The notes beneath the pieces were generated by a model. The model did not search any database. It was not told the DNA's origin and was given only the letters and a program-made list of their open reading frames with translations. Shown piece by piece: positions 6,133 to 12,667 of a stretch of 12,667 nt of DNA. Within the stretch, counting starts at the first letter, position 1. Each line of letters starts with the position of its first letter. The stretch lies in contig CBDURU010000105.1 of NCBI GenBank assembly GCA_965369865.1, positions 1 to 12,667 on the forward strand. The letters are read 5' to 3'. Source of the DNA: an uncultured bacterium. Lineage in GTDB: Bacteria > JAJVIF01 > JAPKYR01. Both the position numbers and the translations under genes were made by a program.

Positions 6133-8492
6133 GCTGGAGATCTTCTTGCCTGGCGGGTTGCATGCTTAAGGCGGGATACATCGGACTTCCTGATTTTTCG
6201 GCCCGAATATAAAATATACTGGTACCCATCCGCAACTTTCCCCACAGCCTCGCCCCACTCATGTGACATCAATTCCGCATGGATTACGCAATCCATCTCG
6301 GTAGCCAGACGGTCGGGCCTGACGCCATTCCCGATAAGGATTTTTCGTACGCGTTTAAGGCTTTTACTTCCAATCGCAAGTGCCTGATTTTTTACGAAAT
6401 CCGGATCGAACACACGTCGAGTCACGTAATTCAAGAGTAGGATCGAGAATGAAGCCACGAGCAGCCAGAGGGGTCCATCACGGTTAGTTTTTTGACGGCT
6501 TAACATCGGATTGGCAAATTCGTAGAAATCAAGCTCCCTCTGTTTTACGAAAGTAATGGCCGAAGCGATAACCCGATTAACAGCGGGGAAAATTTTGGTT
6601 CTGAACTGTCCGATCGGGTCGTAAATGTACAGGTTTTCGACCATATTATGGAGCATTAACCATCTCCCCGCCGCCTGTTCGCCGAATCCCCGCACCCAGC
6701 TTTGCGGCGTCGGATCGAATTCCACCCATCCAAGTTCGGGCCAGAAAACCTCGACCCAGGCGTGAGCGTGGCGTTCCTGCACGATATACAGGTTTTTCAG
6801 AAGGCTGTAATTGCCGGTGGAATAGCCCGTCACAACCCGTGCCGGAATCCCGATCGAACGGCAGAGCACCGCAAGCGATGTTGAAAAATATTCACAGTGC
6901 CCGCGTCTCGGGTCCCAGGCGAACAGAAAATAATCAATCGCGTCGAGTTCCGGGGGGACCGCCGACGGGGGATTGAGGGAGTAATTGTAGGATGATTTTA
7001 AAAACCGCAGAAGCGCATTGACGCGTTCGTACACTGTATCCGCGCCAGCGGTAATCTCGTAGGCTTTCGCCCGTATCCTGGTGAAATTATACCCGGTGTC
7101 CCTGTCACCCAGGGTTCCTTTTTCCGGAAGCTGTGTGTAGCGCTCGAAAAATTCAGGTTCATCCTCTGCAAGTTCATGCAGGTTGTAATCGAACGCGTTC
7201 AGGTGGACCCCGCCCGCGAAATCGAATTTCATTGACATGACCTCGTAGGTCTGTCCAGCGACCATGCTGTCGCCCGCATCGGGTGGAACAATAGTAAAGG
7301 TGTCGTCGATTCTGACGCCGGGAACCGGCATTAAGATTTCCCTCGCCTGGTATGCGGTGAAAATAATGCCGGGAAGGTCGGTTTTAAGGTGGTAAACCTG
7401 ATTGATTTCCTCGCGATGGGTATCGGGATCGGCCTCGATACCATCGTTTCGAAGTTCCGGCCCGTATTCAGCGTGGAACATTGACCGTCGCACGTTTGGT
7501 GCGCCCAAAGACCAGGTGGCGGTAGTGATATTCTCGCTCTGGGTCCATCCACGGCCTGTATAAATATCGAAACATTTCCCGCGCCAGTACGACTGGAGAT
7601 TTGATTCGACCTCCATTACCACCTCGGTTGAGGTTGAATTTTCGATCAGCCTTCCCTGTGCGATATTGAATTCAGTGTCGAATCCGCTATAGTACTGCGC
7701 CTGTCCGGATGTGATGACTCCGGTAATCAGAGCCGTTTCCTGATCGGGGTCGGTTTCCAGTCCAGTCGATCCGAAAGCTCCAAGCAGCGCGATCTCGGTA
7801 CCGGGGGCTTGCGTATGATCCACAGTAAAATAAAGGCTGCTGGAAATGATCCATGAAAATAAAACCACGGGAACTGTAGCGCCGATCGCCAGTCCGAGGT
7901 ACCTCGCAAGTTGCCGCGGCGGTTTATTTGAAACCGGGACCGGCGCGTAATCTTCAAGGAAATCATACGTGTATTTCAGGTGTGAGTGGCGTTTACTCCG
8001 TCGGGGAAGCCGCGCGAACTCATCGACACTTCCAAGGAACATCGCGATTCCGATCATCAGGAGGAATCCCAGGAGGCTGTAGACATATCCCGCCGAGAAT
8101 GACGGAATCGCCGTAAAAACCATCAGGGTAAGCGAGATCGTGAGGGGGAATATGAAGTCCTGCTTCCGGAACAACTTGAAACATCGCAGAACCAGCATCA
8201 TGGTGAGCATCTCGCCGAGATAAGTACCGAACGAACCCGTGTTTTCATAAATCTGGAATGCGAAATAAACAAATACAACAAGCCCGGCGATATCAAGAAT
8301 GATCCCGATAGTGGCGTAATGCCTGTTGCTCAGAATGAACCCGGTCATCACGGCGACGACGAGGATTGCAAGGAGGTACCATCTCAGGTGTTCATTGGGC
8401 AGGATAAGATACACAGTATTGATCGCCACGGCATAAACACCGAGCCAGGCTGCGTAAACAAGAAAATTCGGTTTGTCCTGTGAGGTGGCCAT
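6129..8492 (-). CDS. TgpA-like membrane protein: multi-TM N-terminal (DUF3488-like) region plus transglutaminase-like catalytic domain (787 aa)
   Basis: Multiple N-terminal TM helices; YWRGKCFDIYTGRGW; catalytic triad motifs GHCEYF, HAHAWVEV and WVEFDPT; GIPARVVTGY; C-terminal TM helix. Confidence 0.92.
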   Translation of the reverse strand: MATSQDKPNFLVYAAWLGVYAVAINTVYLILPNEHLRWYLLAILVVAVMTGFILSNRHYATIGIILDIAGLVVFVYFAFQIYENTGSFGTYLGEMLTMMLVLRCFKLFRKQDFIFPLTISLTLMVFTAIPSFSAGYVYSLLGFLLMIGIAMFLGSVDEFARLPRRSKRHSHLKYTYDFLEDYAPVPVSNKPPRQLARYLGLAIGATVPVVLFSWIISSSLYFTVDHTQAPGTEIALLGAFGSTGLETDPDQETALITGVITSGQAQYYSGFDTEFNIAQGRLIENSTSTEVVMEVESNLQSYWRGKCFDIYTGRGWTQSENITTATWSLGAPNVRRSMFHAEYGPELRNDGIEADPDTHREEINQVYHLKTDLPGIIFTAYQAREILMPVPGVRIDDTFTIVPPDAGDSMVAGQTYEVMSMKFDFAGGVHLNAFDYNLHELAEDEPEFFERYTQLPEKGTLGDRDTGYNFTRIRAKAYEITAGADTVYERVNALLRFLKSSYNYSLNPPSAVPPELDAIDYFLFAWDPRRGHCEYFSTSLAVLCRSIGIPARVVTGYSTGNYSLLKNLYIVQERHAHAWVEVFWPELGWVEFDPTPQSWVRGFGEQAAGRWLMLHNMVENLYIYDPIGQFRTKIFPAVNRVIASAITFVKQRELDFYEFANPMLSRQKTNRDGPLWLLVASFSILLLNYVTRRVFDPDFVKNQALAIGSKSLKRVRKILIGNGVRPDRLATEMDCVIHAELMSHEWGEAVGKVADGYQYILYSGRKIRKSDVSRLKHATRQARRSPA

Positions 8493-8518
8493 ATCCTGGA
8501 AATTAAAATGCTTTTAAT

Positions 8519-8527
8519 ATTTTACCA
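8519..8527 (-). promoter_or_regulatory. Putative extended -10 promoter for the TgpA-like gene
   Basis: Minus-strand TG-G-TAAAAT, 26 nt upstream of ATG 8492; no recognisable -35. Confidence 0.5.
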
Positions 8528-8748
8528 CGGTTCCGGGCTTTAGGTTTCATAACCAGTAAGACAGGCAACATTGGGTCCGGTTCATTAATGTTTTAATCCG
8601 GAAACCGGGTTTCTTGCCGTAATTTGTTTTAAAAAATTGTTGATATTTATACGAGAGAATGGTTACTACCATGGATTGGCTGCAAGTTCTGTTAAATAAT
8701 TGGTACCCAATGTTTGATTCGGTAACCTCTGGTAGCTTTTTGGTACCC

Positions 8749-8777
8749 TTGACATGGTTTACTATATAAGGTATTAA
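8749..8777 (+). promoter_or_regulatory. Putative sigma70 promoter for the lipoprotein gene
   Basis: TTGACA (8749-8754), 17-bp spacer, weak -10 TATTAA (8772-8777) in AT-rich intergenic DNA. Confidence 0.45.
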
Positions 8778-8965
8778 TACATTACGAGCTTTATTACTTA
8801 TTACCTTAATATACATGTAACGAGATATTATGCTGGCTTGGGAAGGTATAACCTTGATGCACGCTGTTGCCACGTGATCGATCACATGTTTGTGTTTGAC
8901 GTGTGGCAATTTTTATAAAGCGGATGTGGAACAAGTACCAGGAAGTGAACAAAGGAGAGCCCGTC

Positions 8966-11900
8966 ATGACACGAGTTCACAGAACAGTTGCCTGTATCAT
9001 CGCAATTCTAATATTGACCGCGGTTACAGGCCTTGTTGGGTGTTCGAATGGTAAGGGTAATACAACACAACCACCTTCAACACCTGAAATAAATGCGGAT
9101 GTAACCCCGGTAACAAGTCCCCTGGGCGATTCGTCGTCACTCGGCTACTTTCAATTTGTATTCGATGACGATGGCACGGTAAGGGTCGAGGATACTGACC
9201 CGATTCGAGGTGCGGAGGCCAACGTAACGCCGTTTGTATCTCTCATTATAGAGGACTTCTGGTGGGATGAGGAGACACGCACCTGGCATATTGTACTGGG
9301 AATTAAGAACATTTCCGTTTTCACCGGATATGGCGTCTGGTTAGTGCTTCACTCGCTGGGACCGAAAATGGTTTTGAACCAGGACGGTTTCACGTGGGCG
9401 ATGCCGCCATTTTTTCCCGATCCAACCCGTTGCGCGTTTATCGCGTACGGTAAGGAAAATGAGAATCGTGCCTTTCCACCGGGGTACACGGACACAAGGG
9501 AGATAATACTTTTCCAGCCTTTTGGCATACCGAAACTGGCGCCGATCGGGTTCTGGATAGATGCTCAAGGAGTTCCAAGGAGCACGCCGGGAGTTGAAAA
9601 CCTTCATCTGGAAGCGATTGATGATACATCATATCACCTGACCGGATACATATGGGACCACCAGTCACCATCGGAGGACCTGATTGTCTGGGCGGATACA
9701 AAGCAATTTAACGGAAATACAAACGAACCGTTGTTTGATGATGGTAATCACGGTGATGGCCAGGCAGGTGATAATATCTTTGGCTGTAATATTGAAGGTG
9801 ATCCCGACGATGGATTGTATGTGGTAACTGTATACGCATTCGATCCCGAGCAGAACCAGGCTGAGAATGATATCTGGTTCTACCATGGTGAATATGTACC
9901 ATGCGATAAGCCGCTTGTACCTGTTCCATTCGAAGTCATATCTCAGGGTGAACATTCGGGCATCCAATACCCCCTGGAAATAATGGTAACAGGCCCGGAT
10001 GCATGGTGGGAACTCTGGAATGAGCATGCGAGTATCTGGGAACCCCCACCCCCGGCGCCACCTGTGAATTTCCAGTTACATAACGTAATTGGCGTATGGG
10101 TTGGCGACCGCCCGTCCAACAATCACTTCGTACACATTACGGATATAAATTTCGATCCATGCGAGTTTATCGTAACCGTTCTCTATGAATACACGCCATA
10201 TGAGGCATGCGGCCCCCTGGATGTTATAACGAATCCGTACCAGATGGTCGTTCTGCCGAAGTTTGAATGGCCGGTTATTTTCAATGGAATCGAGGTTGAC
10301 TGCCCCGGTCCACCGCCGGAATGTATCGAGGATATCTGGTTCGATATGCTGATTAAAGGGCAGCACTCGGGAATCAAAGGGCCGTATGAGAAGAGAATTA
10401 CAAATATGTGGCAGTACACAGAGCTGTGGGAGTTGCACATATCGAATATATATCCACCGCCTCCTCAGCCAATTGTGAATTTCGAACAGCATGATGTGAT
10501 CGCGGTCGGACTGGGCAACAGGCCAACCGGAGGATTCGATTGTACGGTTTACGAGGTCTGCTGGCTGGCGGATCCGAGCGGCGGAAATACGAATGAGGCC
10601 GTTGGTGTTTTCTACAAGGAAATGATACCGGGAGCCGACTGCGATGTCCTGATGGTTGTTACCCAGCCATACCACTGGGTAGTAGTTCCAAAAACAGAAC
10701 CGGACGTACCAACCCTTTTCTTTAAGAGCGAAGAGATATACCACTGTGGCGACTGCGATTCGGCACCATTCATGCCAATAGCTGAAGGAGATATTTCCTG
10801 TGCTGAGCCTGGTGAGTACGGCTTCCAGGAGGAAGGACCCTACTGGCAATTCTGGCTGAATGTTAATTGCTGGGAGGAAGATCCCGGTGGCCCTCCACCA
10901 CCGCCGCTTCCAATGGACCCACCTTTACTTAATCCCGAAAATGCGATGTACCATTTCGGAATTCAACTTCCATTCAGACCTACAAGCGGGTACTTCATCA
11001 CGATAGAGGAGGTTTGCCTTGAAGGCAGCACGATCCGGATTAAATGGACTGAGCATATACCGGGTAAAAATTGCGATGTAATACCGGAATCGACAAGACC
11101 ATGGATCATCGCGGCTGTTGAACTTCCGCCGATCGAACCGGTCTTTCACTGGGAGTTTCAGAAGAGCGAGGTGGTATATGATTGCCCGCCCTGCGCGGAA
11201 GTGCCATGGTACCAGCTTGCGGATAACGAGGTAGGTTGTGCCGAACCTGGCGAGTACGGCTTTAAGGGATTCAGTCCCCAATTCGAGGAGCTCTGGTACG
11301 CTCTCAATTGCTGGAATCCCGATTCAGGCGACCCACCTCCGGAACTTCCAGAAATTCCCGATCCAACGGAGCCGGGATGGGAAACAAAACCGTTCGCGGT
11401 TCAGCTTGATGAACGGCTGAGTACCGGGTTTTACCTGACAATAGATTACGTCTGCCTTGACGGTTGCACCGGTATCGTTTATTACACGGAAAATATTCCC
11501 GGACCGAATTGCCCGACGGAAGACATGGTCACCACGCCATGGGTATTCGGAGTCGCGGAATTCCCGCCGATCGACTGCGAAATTATCTGGGAATTCGTGA
11601 AGTCGGAGGAAATATACTATTGTGATGATTGCCAGCCGCTTGATTTCTGGCAGACCGCGGATGGATCGGAATCATGCGCCAAGCCCGGCGAATTCGGATG
11701 GCAGTACCTGGAGCCGTATATGCATTTCTGGAACAATGTAAACTGCTGGGATCCGAGTTCCGGAGATCCGCCGCCGCCTCTGCCGGGTGATCCCGAGCCT
11801 GGACCAAACATGTTGATAAACCATCTCGGCATACAGCTTGGCGAAAGGCCGACTACCGGGTATTACATAACAATCGATAGCGTATGTATCGAAGGCTGCG

Positions 11901-12454
11901 ATGTTTTTGTGGAGTACACGGAATATATCCCCGGCGAGAACTGTGATGTTTACCAGGTAATAACCAAACCATGGGCGATAGCCGCGGTCGAGATGCCGAC
12001 GGTTTACTGCTGGTGGCAATGGTACTTCACGAAGTCGGAGGAAATCTACCCCTGCGACGATCCGGACTGCTGGGATTTCGAAGAAATCGGCGGCGGTCCA
12101 TGGGGTCCTGTAGAAGCGGGTGGCTGGTATTTCGATAACCATTATGATTTCAACGTATACTGGTACCAATACCATCCTGGAGAACCTCAGCCTGAAATTA
12201 ACTGGGAAGGCGGCTGGGGAAGCTACGCGATTCATCTTGGTGAACGACCGACATCCGGTTTCGAGGTCGAGGTCTATGAAATCTGTGCTTCGGACGAACC
12301 GTTTGGCGCTGCTGTCCGATGGCATGAATGGATCCCGGGTGAAACTTGCGATGTCAACCAGGTGCTCACATATCCCTGGACACTTGTGACATTCCCGCTC
12401 GTCGACCTGCCGTATTTCGATGAGGGTTCTGAACACGTCTATCAATGCGATTAA
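8966..12454 (+). CDS. Large Cys/Pro/Trp-rich lipoprotein: choice-of-anchor-X-like motif plus six tandem PrcB C-terminal-like domains (1162 aa)
   Basis: RBS AAGGAG (8952-8957) before ATG 8966. Lipobox LVG|C at Cys26. LFDDGNHGDGQAGDNIFG at 9731-9784. Six repeats carry approximate G-x-R-P-[ST]-x-G-[FY] and PG-x-x-C...T-x-P[WY] motifs. Confidence 0.88.
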   Translation: MTRVHRTVACIIAILILTAVTGLVGCSNGKGNTTQPPSTPEINADVTPVTSPLGDSSSLGYFQFVFDDDGTVRVEDTDPIRGAEANVTPFVSLIIEDFWWDEETRTWHIVLGIKNISVFTGYGVWLVLHSLGPKMVLNQDGFTWAMPPFFPDPTRCAFIAYGKENENRAFPPGYTDTREIILFQPFGIPKLAPIGFWIDAQGVPRSTPGVENLHLEAIDDTSYHLTGYIWDHQSPSEDLIVWADTKQFNGNTNEPLFDDGNHGDGQAGDNIFGCNIEGDPDDGLYVVTVYAFDPEQNQAENDIWFYHGEYVPCDKPLVPVPFEVISQGEHSGIQYPLEIMVTGPDAWWELWNEHASIWEPPPPAPPVNFQLHNVIGVWVGDRPSNNHFVHITDINFDPCEFIVTVLYEYTPYEACGPLDVITNPYQMVVLPKFEWPVIFNGIEVDCPGPPPECIEDIWFDMLIKGQHSGIKGPYEKRITNMWQYTELWELHISNIYPPPPQPIVNFEQHDVIAVGLGNRPTGGFDCTVYEVCWLADPSGGNTNEAVGVFYKEMIPGADCDVLMVVTQPYHWVVVPKTEPDVPTLFFKSEEIYHCGDCDSAPFMPIAEGDISCAEPGEYGFQEEGPYWQFWLNVNCWEEDPGGPPPPPLPMDPPLLNPENAMYHFGIQLPFRPTSGYFITIEEVCLEGSTIRIKWTEHIPGKNCDVIPESTRPWIIAAVELPPIEPVFHWEFQKSEVVYDCPPCAEVPWYQLADNEVGCAEPGEYGFKGFSPQFEELWYALNCWNPDSGDPPPELPEIPDPTEPGWETKPFAVQLDERLSTGFYLTIDYVCLDGCTGIVYYTENIPGPNCPTEDMVTTPWVFGVAEFPPIDCEIIWEFVKSEEIYYCDDCQPLDFWQTADGSESCAKPGEFGWQYLEPYMHFWNNVNCWDPSSGDPPPPLPGDPEPGPNMLINHLGIQLGERPTTGYYITIDSVCIEGCDVFVEYTEYIPGENCDVYQVITKPWAIAAVEMPTVYCWWQWYFTKSEEIYPCDDPDCWDFEEIGGGPWGPVEAGGWYFDNHYDFNVYWYQYHPGEPQPEINWEGGWGSYAIHLGERPTSGFEVEVYEICASDEPFGAAVRWHEWIPGETCDVNQVLTYPWTLVTFPLVDLPYFDEGSEHVYQCD

Positions 12455-12498
12455 CCATGGAAAATACCAGGTTAAATCAATCTTCAAATAAAATCAAC

Positions 12499-12533
12499 GC
12501 CCGTTTCGATTTCCAGGAAACGGGCTTTTTTTT
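12499..12533 (+). terminator. Rho-independent terminator of the lipoprotein gene
   Basis: Perfect 9-bp stem GCCCGTTTC / GAAACGGGC, 9-nt loop, followed by T8. Confidence 0.92.
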
Positions 12534-12554
12534 AACTACGTGTATCAGGGCAAC

Positions 12555-12642
12555 GTATCAGAGCCGCGAATGTCAATGAGCGGTCTGCCAGGTCCACTCA
12601 CCGACCAACTACTCCCCTCCCTGACGGTCGGGGCTCTGATAC
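12555..12642. repeat. REPIN-like inverted doublet of 29-nt hairpin units
   Basis: GTATCAGAGCCGCGAATGTCAATGAGCGG (12555-12583) versus the reverse complement of 12614-12642, GTATCAGAGCCCCGACCGTCAGGGAGGGG; 23/29 identical, 30-nt spacer. Confidence 0.8.
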
Positions 12643-12667
12643 AAGTTGTTTTTTATAGTATGGTCAT

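Noticed and set aside
6062..6262. 66-aa minus-strand ORF with MCIxHM repeats resembling a metal-binding peptide
   Set aside because: The repeats are simply a translation of the palindromic DNA cluster, and the ORF overlaps the TgpA-like gene.
8601..8613. Palindrome GAAACC-G-GGTTTC
   Set aside because: Single short copy, not positioned at a promoter element; could be chance.
8547..8909. 120-aa minus-strand ORF in the divergent intergenic region
   Set aside because: No RBS or recognisable domain, AT-rich, and it overlaps the candidate promoter, operator and leader elements.
10742..12070. CxxC motifs in the lipoprotein as heme or Fe-S sites
   Set aside because: No CxxCH is present; they sit at domain junctions of an exported protein and are better explained as structural disulfide cysteines.
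12600..12612. ACCGACCAACTAC resembling the cassette end TCTGACCCACTAC
   Set aside because: Only 10/13 match, lacks the TTCAA half and has no partner; likely coincidental.

Overview
Bacterial chromosomal window, mostly cell-envelope genes. Minus strand: a GT4 glycosyltransferase with an N-terminal extension, yebC/pmpR and a TgpA-like membrane transglutaminase-family protein. Plus strand: a secreted acidic helical protein and a 1162-aa lipoprotein with six tandem PrcB_C-like repeats. The most interesting element is a ~1.6-kb AT-richer cassette between yebC and the GT4 gene. It carries two uncharacterised genes (a 2TM-GAF-like protein and a small acidic protein) with a near-consensus sigma70 promoter. 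A perfect 13-bp inverted repeat bounds it (GTAGTGGGTCAGA 1868-1880 / TCTGACCCACTAC 3440-3452), there is a second, variant left copy at 1821-1838, and the right end lies 1 nt from the yebC stop. It encodes no recognisable transposase or integrase, so it looks like a non-autonomous cassette mobilised in trans. Two REP-like elements are also present: a hairpin cluster at 6065-6132 and an inverted doublet at 12555-12642 whose six inter-arm differences are all compensatory. All family assignments come from motifs read by eye; no searches were run.
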